Part shown: one piece after another, positions 20,118 to 29,560 of the stretch
Layout of the letters: the number at the start of each line of letters is the position of its first letter
Position numbering within the stretch: the first letter of the stretch is position 1
Assembly (NCBI GenBank): GCA_014860225.1
Contig: JACZKE010000063.1
Span: 22,477 to 86,476 of the forward strand
Direction of reading: 5' to 3'
Origin: Desulfuromonadales bacterium
GTDB taxonomy: Bacteria > Desulfobacterota > Desulfuromonadia > Desulfuromonadales > BM103
DNA length: 64,000 bases
Made by a program: the position numbers and the translations under genes
The notes under the pieces: generated by a model
The model's database searches: none
What the model saw: only the letters and a program-made list of their open reading frames with translations
What the model was told of the DNA's origin: nothing

Positions 20118-21386
20118 TTACTTACGTTGGAAGTCCATCGATGAAAAGCTGTACTTGAAGTTCATGTGGTCGGTGTAAGTGCCTTCCATAATTGCAGCAA
20201 CGTCCTCGGTGAAGACCAGCTCCTCATCGGTTGGAATGACGAAAACCTTAACCGGAGAATCGGGGGTGGTAACCACACTCTCCTCCTTGCGGGTCATGGT
20301 GTTGCGATTCTTCTCCTTGTCGAGAATGATCCCCATAAACTCCAGGCCCTCTACTGCTTTTTCGCGAATCTGCCATCCCATCTCACCAACGCCGGCAGTG
20401 AATACGACGGCATCAATTCCGCCGGTAACGGCAGCGTAAGAGCCAATGTATTTCTTCAGGCGATAGGCCTCGACATCAAGTGCCAGTTGGCAGCGTGGGC
20501 AGCCATCTTCCTCGGCTCCTTCAATGACATCACGGCGGTCGGTGAATTTACCGGTAATACCCAATATCCCTGATTTCTTGTTGAGGACACTGTCGATCTC
20601 TTTGGGAGAGAGTCCTTCCTGTTCCATGATAAAAGCAGGAATAGCCGGGTCGATATCGCCGCAACGTGTGCCCATGACAGCTCCTTCTAGAGGAGTCAGT
20701 CCCATGGAAGTATCTATCGATATGCCATTTTTAATGGCCGTGTGTGAGACGCCGTTGCCAATATGCATGGTAATGATGTTGCACTCTTTCGGATCCTTGC
20801 CGAGCATGACCGCAGCTCGCTTGGATACGTAGAGATGGCTGGTGCCGTGAAAACCATAGCGCCTTACGCCGTACTTTTCATACCATTCGTAAGGCAGAGG
20901 GTAAGTATAGGCTTGCTCCGGCATGGTCTGATGGAATGCCGTATCGAAAATCGCAACGTGTGGCACATCAGGGAGAACTGACTGAGCCGCTTCTATGCCG
21001 GAAATGTTAGGCGGGTTGTGCAATGGAGCCAGATGCTGGACCTTTTTGATGGCATCCAGGACAGCATCGTCGATCCGTACCGAGCAGGTGAATTTCTCCC
21101 CGCCATGAACCACCCTGTGACCAACCGCAGAGATCTGGGTAATTTCCTTGACGACTCCATATTCCTTGTCGGCCAGAATTTTGATGATCAGGTGAATAGC
21201 GACCCTGTGATCAGGGCATTCATATTCTTCACGATAGGTTTCACGGCCGGGGACTTCGTGGATAATGAAAGAGTCGCCGATAGTGACGCGCTCGACCATG
21301 CCCTTGGCGATGACTTCCTTCTTCTCCCAATCGTAGAGCTGGTACTTTACCGATGAACTGCCGCAGTTGAGTGCCAGGATATCCAT
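20118..21386 (-). CDS. ackA: acetate kinase
   Basis: 422 aa; MDILALNCGSSSVKYQLY.., ..GFHGTSH.., ..VFTAGVGE.. Confidence 0.95.
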   Translation of the reverse strand: MDILALNCGSSSVKYQLYDWEKKEVIAKGMVERVTIGDSFIIHEVPGRETYREEYECPDHRVAIHLIIKILADKEYGVVKEITQISAVGHRVVHGGEKFTCSVRIDDAVLDAIKKVQHLAPLHNPPNISGIEAAQSVLPDVPHVAIFDTAFHQTMPEQAYTYPLPYEWYEKYGVRRYGFHGTSHLYVSKRAAVMLGKDPKECNIITMHIGNGVSHTAIKNGISIDTSMGLTPLEGAVMGTRCGDIDPAIPAFIMEQEGLSPKEIDSVLNKKSGILGITGKFTDRRDVIEGAEEDGCPRCQLALDVEAYRLKKYIGSYAAVTGGIDAVVFTAGVGEMGWQIREKAVEGLEFMGIILDKEKNRNTMTRKEESVVTTPDSPVKVFVIPTDEELVFTEDVAAIMEGTYTDHMNFKYSFSSMDFQRK

Positions 21387-21658
21387 AATACTTTCCTCCC
21401 GATGTAAATTATTTTACGATTTCAGGTAAAATACCGTTTTACGTCAGCATTCCAGGTTATGCTTTGCGTCTTGTCAGGTGAGGTTTTATACGGCATTGAA
21501 GGCGCAAAATGTGTTGCAAAGGTTAGTGTATGGGCGAGTCAATTGCAAGTCTTTTTCAAGTAAATCAGTGGTTGTTTGCTCTGGACAGAATCTCTTTGTT
21601 GGGGTAAACTCCCCCGCAAGTTTCTCAAAAATCATAAATCTAAAGAGGAGGTAAATCC

Positions 21659-21829
21659 ATGGCCCACACAATTAATGATGAATGTATCAATTGCGCTGCT
21701 TGTGCAGACACCTGCCCGGTTGACGCCATTAGTGAGCAGGGTGATGTGCATGTAATCGATGCAGCGACTTGTACTGATTGTGGCGCTTGTGTTGACAGCT
21801 GTCCTGTAAGCGCAATCGAAGCACCCTAA
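21659..21829 (+). CDS. 2x[4Fe-4S] ferredoxin (56 aa; below the ORF-track size cutoff)
   Basis: Own translation: MAHTINDECINCAACADTCPVDAISEQGDVHVIDAATCTDCGACVDSCPVSAIEAP; SD AGAGGAGG 8 nt upstream; terminator follows. Confidence 0.8.
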   Translation: MAHTINDECINCAACADTCPVDAISEQGDVHVIDAATCTDCGACVDSCPVSAIEAP

Positions 21830-21860
21830 GCAACTTCGCAATAAAATGCAGGAATGAGAA

Positions 21861-21892
21861 GGCCGCACCTGAATCAGGTGCGGCCTTTTTTT
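21861..21892 (+). terminator. intrinsic terminator after ferredoxin
   Basis: GGCCGCACCTGA/TCAGGTGCGGCC stem followed by TTTTTTT. Confidence 0.75.
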
Positions 21893-22101
21893 GCCCGATC
21901 AAAAATGCTTCAACCTGGATTAACTTGTTGCCATTCGTAACCTCCGGATAACAAATGCATAGTTTTCGATCCGGAAACGAGCAATTTTTCGCAAGCTCAA
22001 GAAAATCAAGGGTTTGAGCGGAGGCGTAGTCCTTTACGCCGCACAATCAAATCCGCCGATTGACGCAGAGATTGCGGAAAAGGGCCGTTTCAGGACGAAA
22101 A

Positions 22102-23829
22102 CTAATTTGCCCCCGGTTTCGAATCCACGACTTCAACATTAATGTTGGCAATGTCTGCCGGCAGGTTACGGAAGACGATTGTAAAAGGAATCGTCGCCCC
22201 GGCAGCGACGTTCATGTTTGAAAGACCCTCACCAAACTGGTTGTTCATCGCCTCTTCAATGGCGGCAAAAGGCATGGTCTCCAATGCGGCTTCATCAAGT
22301 TTATTACCGCAAAAGACAGTTTGTTGAAGAAGAGGCTGCCCATTGGAATTGAGCAGGACACCCTTGACCGTGATTGCTGAACGGGTTTTTGGATAATTAT
22401 TGACAGCAGCTCCCTGGATAACCAGCATTTGCCCTGCCTGGCCGTTCACATAAGATCCCCCGGCGATGGTGATGCCGATACGGTCTCCCGGTGTGTCTTC
22501 AGGCTCCTCACCGAGATACTCCTGTAAAAATGGCAAGTACTTGACAATCGTGCTCCGATCGAGTGTACCTTCCTGCATGTAAAGGAAGCCTGCCGCTCCG
22601 CCCAGACTGACCAGCAATAAAACGAGCAAAACCAGAATACGCGCGAGAGGGCTTTTCTTTGCCGGGGGCGTCGTCGGAAGTTGCTCACCATCATGGACAC
22701 GTGAAGGCAGGGGAACATTGTGTTGACCCTGATCGAAAGGCTCAGTCTCCTTTATCAGCGGCATGTCAGCTTTGGAAAAATCGTCGTCTCTTTGAAAACC
22801 CGCTGCATCGCTTTCATTACTATCGTCTGGAAAGTCAATCTCGCCGAATTGCAGCCCTTCTTCCTCAGGGGTTGAAACGGAACTTTTTTCCGCAGAGCTG
22901 AAAGAATCAAACTCGGGTTCTTCAAAATTGAAAGAAGTCTCGTCGTCAGAAGTTTCTTCATCCCAGGCTGAAGCCGAATCTTCAACGAACGAAGTGTCGT
23001 CATCAAATGAGAACTCTCCTGGTTCACTGTCCTCCTGAATTGCAGTGGGAACGGCCTCTTTCTCAACTACGTCAAAACTGAAGGTGCCATCCTCACCCTC
23101 GTCTTCGAAGGAAAACTCACCGATCTTCTCCTGCTCAAACAACTCTTCCTCGTCGCTGTCAAAGGTGAATTCACCGGGTGCAATTGGCTCTTCCTTAGAA
23201 AAATCTATTGCAGTGCTCTCAGCCGTCTCTGATTCAAATTCGGTATCCTCACCGAAAGCAAACTCGACTGGACCGTCAGGCTCTTCAGTTTCTCCAAAAG
23301 CAGCACTGAAATCAGTTGCATCTTCACCAGCCTGCTCTTCATATGGAATCTCACCTGCCGAGAAGATTGAGTCTTCCGATGCAGGCTCTTGTTCGCCATG
23401 GGCGTCTATCCCGGGTTGACGGGTGTCTGCGAAGGAAAAATCCTCTGCAAGCTCATCGTCGTGGCCGGCATCTTTACCCATTTCCGATGTGAGCGTGCTG
23501 AAGTCAAGATCACTGCTTTCCCGCTGTTCACTCGTTTCGGGATTTCTGTCGATTCGCGATTCTGCAGGTGGGGTTACTTGTTCGTCGGATTCGGGATAAC
23601 CAGTCCGGAGGCTTTCAGACGTTGGCGACTTTTCGGCAGGGACCTCATCGGTTACTCTCTCCATATTGGAAGAGTCGAAATCAACCGCTTCTTCAACGGG
23701 ATCTGGTTTTGGCAAAGTTACCGTAAAAACCTCTTTGCACCTGGAGCAGCGGACTTTGGTCCCGCCCGGCTTGATCTTCTCATCGGCTAACCGAAAACGG
23801 GTTTGACATGCTTCGCATTGAACGATCAT
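22102..23829 (-). CDS. MJ0042-type zinc-ribbon / DUF3426 protein with long acidic repeat region
   Basis: MIVQCEACQTRFRLADEKIKPGGTKVRCSRCKEVFTV zinc ribbon; about 330 aa of D/E-rich GEF(S/T)F repeats; one TM segment; C-terminal DUF3426-like domain. Confidence 0.7.
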   Translation of the reverse strand: MIVQCEACQTRFRLADEKIKPGGTKVRCSRCKEVFTVTLPKPDPVEEAVDFDSSNMERVTDEVPAEKSPTSESLRTGYPESDEQVTPPAESRIDRNPETSEQRESSDLDFSTLTSEMGKDAGHDDELAEDFSFADTRQPGIDAHGEQEPASEDSIFSAGEIPYEEQAGEDATDFSAAFGETEEPDGPVEFAFGEDTEFESETAESTAIDFSKEEPIAPGEFTFDSDEEELFEQEKIGEFSFEDEGEDGTFSFDVVEKEAVPTAIQEDSEPGEFSFDDDTSFVEDSASAWDEETSDDETSFNFEEPEFDSFSSAEKSSVSTPEEEGLQFGEIDFPDDSNESDAAGFQRDDDFSKADMPLIKETEPFDQGQHNVPLPSRVHDGEQLPTTPPAKKSPLARILVLLVLLLVSLGGAAGFLYMQEGTLDRSTIVKYLPFLQEYLGEEPEDTPGDRIGITIAGGSYVNGQAGQMLVIQGAAVNNYPKTRSAITVKGVLLNSNGQPLLQQTVFCGNKLDEAALETMPFAAIEEAMNNQFGEGLSNMNVAAGATIPFTIVFRNLPADIANINVEVVDSKPGAN

Positions 23830-23852
23830 GCAGCTTCTCCCTCGATATTGGT

Positions 23853-24401
23853 TCAGACGCCCTCAACCACACGGATGTCGGGCAAATCGCGATATCTTTC
23901 GTCAAGATCCAGTCCATAGCCGACGATGAATCCATTGTCCATGGAGAACCCGATATAATCGACTGGTACATTAGTGACACGCTGGGCCTGTTTGTCAATC
24001 AAGGTGCAAATCTTCAGGCTGGCAGGTTGACGGTTCAACAACATGTTGCGGAGTGATTCCAGGGTCAGGCCGCTGTCAACGATGTCCTCAACCACCAGAA
24101 CATCTTTACCTTTTATCGACATTTCCAGGTCTTTACGGACTTCAATGATCCCTGAGGACTGAGTTGCAGAACCGTAGCTGGCAAGCCGAACAAAATCGAT
24201 GATTGTCGGGGTCTTGACCGCCCGGATCAGATCGGCAATGAAGAGAAAAGATCCTTTGAGGACGGCTATCATTAAGATCTCGCGGCCCTGATAGTCTTTG
24301 TCTATCTGTGTGGCGAGTTCCGCAACCCTTGCTGCAATCTCTCCTGCAGAAAAAAGTGGTGTCAATGAAAGCTTTACATCAGAGGCGTTTGTGGTAGTCA
24401 T
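23853..24401 (-). CDS. hpt: hypoxanthine phosphoribosyltransferase
   Basis: 182 aa; PRPP motif ..VLVVEDIVDSGLTL.. Confidence 0.9.
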   Translation of the reverse strand: MTTTNASDVKLSLTPLFSAGEIAARVAELATQIDKDYQGREILMIAVLKGSFLFIADLIRAVKTPTIIDFVRLASYGSATQSSGIIEVRKDLEMSIKGKDVLVVEDIVDSGLTLESLRNMLLNRQPASLKICTLIDKQAQRVTNVPVDYIGFSMDNGFIVGYGLDLDERYRDLPDIRVVEGV

Positions 24402-24542
24402 AATCCGGATATTCTATAGCAAAGCGACTGATTTATGTCAATTTTTTAGCGGCATGAAGTTCCATGCCTGACGCTGAGATATCCTATGATATAATAGCCG
24501 GCAGAATAACGTCCCCTAATGGCTGATATCAGGAGAAGCACG

Positions 24543-25229
24543 ATGCGAACCACTCTCTATCAAACCGTAATCATTCTTGTCTGCCTGTCTGTTTCTCCGG
24601 CTTTTGCTGCGCCAAATTTGCAGGTTGACAATCCGAAATACGATTTTGGCGAAGTCTTTCAGGGGGAAAAAGTCCTCCATGTCTTTGAGTTTGTCAATGA
24701 AGGCGATGAAACGCTGACGATTGACCGGGTTCGAAGCTCCTGTGGCTGTACTGCCGCCCTGGTATCGGAAAGAAATATCCCTCCAGGAGGTAAAGGGGAG
24801 TTGCAGGCCAACTTTGACAGCACCCGTTTCCGTGATGCCGTATCAAAAACGATCTCACTTTACAGCAATGACCCGGTGCGTCCGATCGTGCAGTTGCAGA
24901 TCAAGGGCAAGGTCCTCGAAACCGTCGCTGTGTTGCCACCTCAGATCAATTTCGGCAAGGTTGTTGCGCAAAAACCTGTCATTTCAACTGTTTTGCTGCG
25001 CAATCAGGGTGGGAAGTCTTTGAAACTTGGCAAGCCACATTCCACCGCTGCCGAATTGGTCGTCAAAATTTCTGAAGCTGCTTTTGCAGATGGAGATGAA
25101 GTGACCCTGGAGTTACAATTGACGCCCAAGCCTGGCCAGGTGCGCTTCAGTGGTTATGTAATTGTGCCGGTTGATGGAGTCCCGAAAAACGAGCTGCGCA
25201 TACCTGTTTATGCAACTATCAGCGACTAG
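24543..25229 (+). CDS. DUF1573 domain protein (two copies), secreted
   Basis: Start at ATG 24543 after AGGAGA; signal peptide; ..YDFGEVFQGEKVLHVFEFVNEGDETLTIDRVRSSCGCT.. DUF1573 signature. Confidence 0.7.
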   Translation: MRTTLYQTVIILVCLSVSPAFAAPNLQVDNPKYDFGEVFQGEKVLHVFEFVNEGDETLTIDRVRSSCGCTAALVSERNIPPGGKGELQANFDSTRFRDAVSKTISLYSNDPVRPIVQLQIKGKVLETVAVLPPQINFGKVVAQKPVISTVLLRNQGGKSLKLGKPHSTAAELVVKISEAAFADGDEVTLELQLTPKPGQVRFSGYVIVPVDGVPKNELRIPVYATISD

Positions 25230-25398
25230 ATGCCTAGGAGGTTGTCTGGGTTTCATTCAATACGACCAATCGACAGGGCTTTCTATTATTCTATCCTCTT
25301 TTGGTTGAAAGACCCCTGTAATGTTCTATAATTAACCGGGTTTTTGTTTTTCTTGCGCTATCGGGTTTCATCTTTTCGACATTTTCCAAGGAGTATGC

Positions 25399-25830
25399 AT
25401 GACAACTCATGTTGCGCCACCACAGCGGCGAAAATTTCTCATCACCATGCTCGGTGGGCTTGGCGCTTTGATCGCTGCAGCCTCGGTCTGGCCGGTTTTT
25501 CGTTTTCTCTCACCTGTGGATACCGGCGGCAGTAGTAATCAGGTTTTTTTGGCGCGTGACGTTGTGGCTCCAGGGAAAGCACATTTTTTCCAGTATCAGG
25601 GCAAGCCCGCAGTCATCCTGCAACCAACACCCGGCAACTTCGTGGCGTTGTCAGCGGTCTGCACCCACCTTGGATGTGTTGTCGCCTGGCAGGAGCAGGC
25701 CGGAGAATTTCTGTGCCCCTGCCACGCTGGTCGATTTTCTGCAGATGGCCAGGTCCTTGGCGGACCGCCACCCAAACCTCTTGAATCTCTTGTCGTTCAG
25801 CTTGATGGCGACCAGCTCAAAATCGGATAG
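25399..25830 (+). CDS. Rieske [2Fe-2S] subunit with Tat signal
   Basis: RRKFL twin-Arg motif; CTHLGC..17 aa..CPCHAG Rieske boxes. Confidence 0.85.
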   Translation: MTTHVAPPQRRKFLITMLGGLGALIAAASVWPVFRFLSPVDTGGSSNQVFLARDVVAPGKAHFFQYQGKPAVILQPTPGNFVALSAVCTHLGCVVAWQEQAGEFLCPCHAGRFSADGQVLGGPPPKPLESLVVQLDGDQLKIG

Positions 25831-25839
25831 GAGAATTTT

Positions 25840-26940
25840 ATGCAACCGATAAAATGGCTGGTCGAGTTCGTCGAAGTCCGCCTGGGGGTAAAGGAGCTTT
25901 ACAACAGGGAACTGAAAGGTTACCTGCTGCCACGCAATGTCAATGCCTGGTACACTCTCGGCGCGGTCCTCCTGGCACTTTTCACGCTGCAGACTCTCAC
26001 CGGTATCCTGTTACTGATGTTTTATGTCCCCGATGCCGCAAAAGCCTTTGCCAGTGTCCAGTACATCGTAAACGAGGTGCCTTTCGGCTGGCTGTTCCGC
26101 ATGCTGCATGCCATCGGTGCCAATGTTATTGTGATTGCCCTGCTACTGCATATGCTGTCGGTGCTGTTCATGGCCAGCTATAAAGGACGGCGCGAATTCA
26201 CCTGGCTGTCAGGTTTCATCATCTTCAACCTGACCATGGGCATCTGCCTGACCGGTTATCTGCTACCCTGGAGTCAGCTCTCATTCTGGGCGACCACCGT
26301 CGCTACCGATGCAGCCGGCGCTATCCCCATCGTCGGTGATTATCTGGTTGAATTCCTGCGCGGCGGACCCACCGTCGGCAACCAGACGCTGGGGCGTTTC
26401 TTCGCTCTGCACGTCGTCGGTATGCCTCTGGTTCTGCTCGCACTGATCGGAGCACATCTCTTTTGTGTGAAACGTCGCGGCATTTCACCACCACCTTTTG
26501 GCCCTGAGTATCATGCAACTGAGGCCAAACCGTTCTTTGAACATGAGAAGCATCCCGGGGGTGTCCCGTTCTTCCCGAACTATTTCGTCAAGGATGCAGC
26601 TATAATCTGTTTCTTCATCGCTTTTCTGCTCGCAATTATCTTTTATGCCCCGGGCCTGTTCTTCCCTGATTCGGCCTTTCAGCCGGCGGACCCGTTCCTG
26701 ACGCCGCCGCACATCAAGCCGGAATGGTACTTCCTCTGGGCATACCAGGCACTGAAGATCTTCCCCAGTGAAATTATCGGATTGGGAGTGCAGGGGGCGT
26801 TCATGACGTTCCTGGCTTTGCTGCCGTTTATTGACAGAGGACCGGAACGGCGCCCGGCGAAACGGCCATTGTTTGTAACCTGCTACGTTCTCGGGATCCT
26901 CCTGATTGTGGCGATTTCCATCTGGGGGCATTACTCATGA
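25840..26940 (+). CDS. cytochrome b (b6 + subunit IV fused)
   Basis: 366 aa, multi-TM; ..WYTLGAVLL.., ..FRMLHAIGAN.., ..FFALHV.., ..PEWYFLWAYQ.. cytochrome b motifs. Confidence 0.85.
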   Translation: MQPIKWLVEFVEVRLGVKELYNRELKGYLLPRNVNAWYTLGAVLLALFTLQTLTGILLLMFYVPDAAKAFASVQYIVNEVPFGWLFRMLHAIGANVIVIALLLHMLSVLFMASYKGRREFTWLSGFIIFNLTMGICLTGYLLPWSQLSFWATTVATDAAGAIPIVGDYLVEFLRGGPTVGNQTLGRFFALHVVGMPLVLLALIGAHLFCVKRRGISPPPFGPEYHATEAKPFFEHEKHPGGVPFFPNYFVKDAAIICFFIAFLLAIIFYAPGLFFPDSAFQPADPFLTPPHIKPEWYFLWAYQALKIFPSEIIGLGVQGAFMTFLALLPFIDRGPERRPAKRPLFVTCYVLGILLIVAISIWGHYS

Positions 26941-27743
26941 GTCGCTTGGTCTGTTCTCTGTTTGTTGTGATACTTGCCGCCTGGTGGTCTATGCCTGCTT
27001 CACTGCTGGCTGCTGATACTGTCTGCATTCAATGCCATGGCGGCCTCGAAGGCCGTCTCGGTGAACCAGTTGCCCAATGGCAAACAAGCGTTCATGCTGA
27101 GAACGGTATCTCCTGTCATGATTGTCATGGAGGTGATCCAGCCGACTCGGCCATGGCTATGAGTCCGGAGCGTGGTTTTATAGGTGTGCCGGATTATGTC
27201 GATGTCCCCGACTTTTGTGGCCGTTGCCATGTCGGGGTTGCTGAGGAGTATAAGGCCGGCGCTCATGGTCAGGCGATTGAGAATGGAGGAGCGCAATGCG
27301 TTGTCTGCCATGGTAACCATGCTATCGAGAAGGCAACCCTGGAACTGATTAATGAAGAAGACTGTTCGCAATGCCACACTTATGAACGTGCAGCTCTGAT
27401 CAGAATGTCGCTGGTCGAGACCGACAAGGTGATCACGACAGTCGAGCACGACCTTGAGCGATTGTACCGTCTCGGATTTGCCGTTGACGATATGCAGGGA
27501 GAACTGTTCAACCAGCGCAACCGCTTCCACCGGATCTTTCACGGTGTAGATGTCGAGAGAGTTCGTCGGGAAACAGCAGATGTAGAAGGCGAACTGGGTA
27601 AAATCGTCAAGCAGGTTGTCTCTATGGATTCCACGCTGAGCCAGCGTAAACTCTGGGGAAGCGTCGTGATCGGCCTTTTTGTTCTGGCCGGTGTAGTCTT
27701 CCTGCTGCTGCGAAAAGCCTACGAAGAAGAAGAGAAAAGTTGA
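26937..27743 (+). CDS. pentaheme c-type cytochrome with C-terminal TM anchor
   Basis: Five CxxCH motifs (CIQCH, CHDCH, CGRCH, CVVCH, CSQCH); signal peptide; ATGA overlap with cytochrome b. Confidence 0.8.
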   Translation: MSRLVCSLFVVILAAWWSMPASLLAADTVCIQCHGGLEGRLGEPVAQWQTSVHAENGISCHDCHGGDPADSAMAMSPERGFIGVPDYVDVPDFCGRCHVGVAEEYKAGAHGQAIENGGAQCVVCHGNHAIEKATLELINEEDCSQCHTYERAALIRMSLVETDKVITTVEHDLERLYRLGFAVDDMQGELFNQRNRFHRIFHGVDVERVRRETADVEGELGKIVKQVVSMDSTLSQRKLWGSVVIGLFVLAGVVFLLLRKAYEEEEKS

Positions 27744-27933
27744 TGTGAAATATAGAGTAATAAACAAGGGGCATTGCAAAGCAGGATTCAGCGCCTTCGG
27801 TGTTTAGGGAGTCGAAGATTATCAGAATAAGTCGCGACGACTTAATAATAATCAGGCATATGGCTCACATGGAAAGTATGATCGTGGAGCGTTGATTGGC
27901 CTGGCAACCATCTTGATGCACTTTGATTAGCGG

Positions 27934-27962
27934 TTGCAAAAGCCCGTGAAGTGGGTTATAAA
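27934..27962 (+). promoter_or_regulatory. putative sigma70 promoter of tRNA-Arg
   Basis: TTGCAA, 17-nt spacer, TATAAA; ends 11 nt before the tRNA 5' end. Confidence 0.45.
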
Positions 27963-27973
27963 GCAACCCCTGT

Positions 27974-28050
<77 letters not shown>

Positions 28051-28058
28051 ATAATTTC

Positions 28059-28096
28059 AAGAGGTTGGTCGACTTTTTCGGCTAGCCTCTTTTTTG
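28059..28096 (+). terminator. terminator after tRNA-Arg
   Basis: AAGAGGTTGGTCG...CGGCTAGCCTCTT stem (with G-U pairs) followed by TTTTTG. Confidence 0.5.
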
Positions 28097-28729
28097 TTGA
28101 ATCTCTAGGGTTCTCTAGGGGTTCCGTTCAATAGAAAAAACCGCCTGTGGGGGGTTCTTTCCTTGCTGCTTTCTTTTGGCCCCGTTTCTGAATTTGACAC
28201 GATTCGGCTACCGTGCTGTGCTCTTGCTGTTTTGATTTGGGGGGAGGGGGGGTGTTTTTCTGTGCGGGGAGCATGCATGGGAGGAAAGGCCTGGGTCCCA
28301 TACTCCCTCATGTAATGCAGTCGTAAATATTGCAGTAAAAAATTTCTGAAAAGTTGTCAAGTGAAAGACAGTAAGGGACTTGACCTTTAATCGAATCAAA
28401 CCCCTTGAGTGTATCTCAAAACTCTATAAAGAATCCCTGTGCCAGGATCATTTTGTTCGAGACCAGTACGGTTCACCAGTACATACGATATGGGCAGTGG
28501 GAAGATTGCTTGGAAATTAAGTGTGTTAAAAATCCTAAGGTGATCTGAGAACCAGTTGCTGGAATACTTATAGGACAGCCACTACCCCGGACGTAAGAGA
28601 GGGCCACACTTTGCTGGAAATCGTGATAAATAAGAAAACATGGCCTGACACAATAGCCCACATTGCCTGTCGGCTACTCAGACCTCAGGATGCCAATATG
28701 TGTTTTTGTGCTGAGATATGAGCCCTCCG

Positions 28730-29560
28730 TCAGGACTTGATTTTATTCTTAATGATTTTGTGAATTGCAAGACTCAAAAGGGTCAACAATCCGAACACAG
28801 TAACGATTGAGGCTCCCGTCGGCAGGTCCCTGGAAAATGACAGGTACAGTCCGATGATGCTCCCGAAAAACCCCAACACCCATCCCACAATGAGCCTGGT
28901 GGCATGTCGGTCACAAAACAGCACGGCGCAGACCGCCGGAACCACCAGATAGGTAAAGACCAGCAAGACTCCCGCTATCCTGACCGAGCTGGTGACCACC
29001 AGACCAAACGTCGCATAAAAGACGAAGTCCCAGAGCCAGATTTTCCAACCGTTTTGCCGGGCCTGTTGGAGATTTGTCGAGATCGTAAAAAAACGGTGTC
29101 GGCAGAAGAAATGGATGATGGCGACGCCCAGATAAATCCAGAAGGTCTTCCATACCTCCGGCCAATCGGTAAACAGTATATTGCCCAGAAGCATGGCTTT
29201 GACCTCTTCCGTGCCATGGGGAGACTGGTCGAGGATGAGGACCGCCGCCGCCGACGCCACTGCATAGGTGATGCCGATGATGGCTTCCTGGGGAACCCGC
29301 TCATCCCGGAAGCGCGCAACAGCGAAGACCGTCGCACCCAGAAAGGCAAAACCGAGGGAAAAGACATAACCTCCCGTGCCATGAAGATCATAACCGACGA
29401 GCATGCCAACGGCTCCGCCCAGGGCGGCTACCTGGGCGAGGGCGAGGTCGACGAAAATGACACCACGGGAGACGACATGCAGTCCCAAGTAGCAGTGGAT
29501 GCCTGCCAGGATGAGGCAGACTACGAACGGGGCGGCAAACAGATGCAGGAGATCAGTCAT
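28730..29560 (-). CDS. metal (Zn/Mn-type) ABC transporter permease
   Basis: Start at MTDLLHLFAAPFV..; multi-TM ZnuB/TroC-like protein; start overlaps the stop of the upstream binding-protein gene. Confidence 0.8.
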   Translation of the reverse strand: MTDLLHLFAAPFVVCLILAGIHCYLGLHVVSRGVIFVDLALAQVAALGGAVGMLVGYDLHGTGGYVFSLGFAFLGATVFAVARFRDERVPQEAIIGITYAVASAAAVLILDQSPHGTEEVKAMLLGNILFTDWPEVWKTFWIYLGVAIIHFFCRHRFFTISTNLQQARQNGWKIWLWDFVFYATFGLVVTSSVRIAGVLLVFTYLVVPAVCAVLFCDRHATRLIVGWVLGFFGSIIGLYLSFSRDLPTGASIVTVFGLLTLLSLAIHKIIKNKIKS

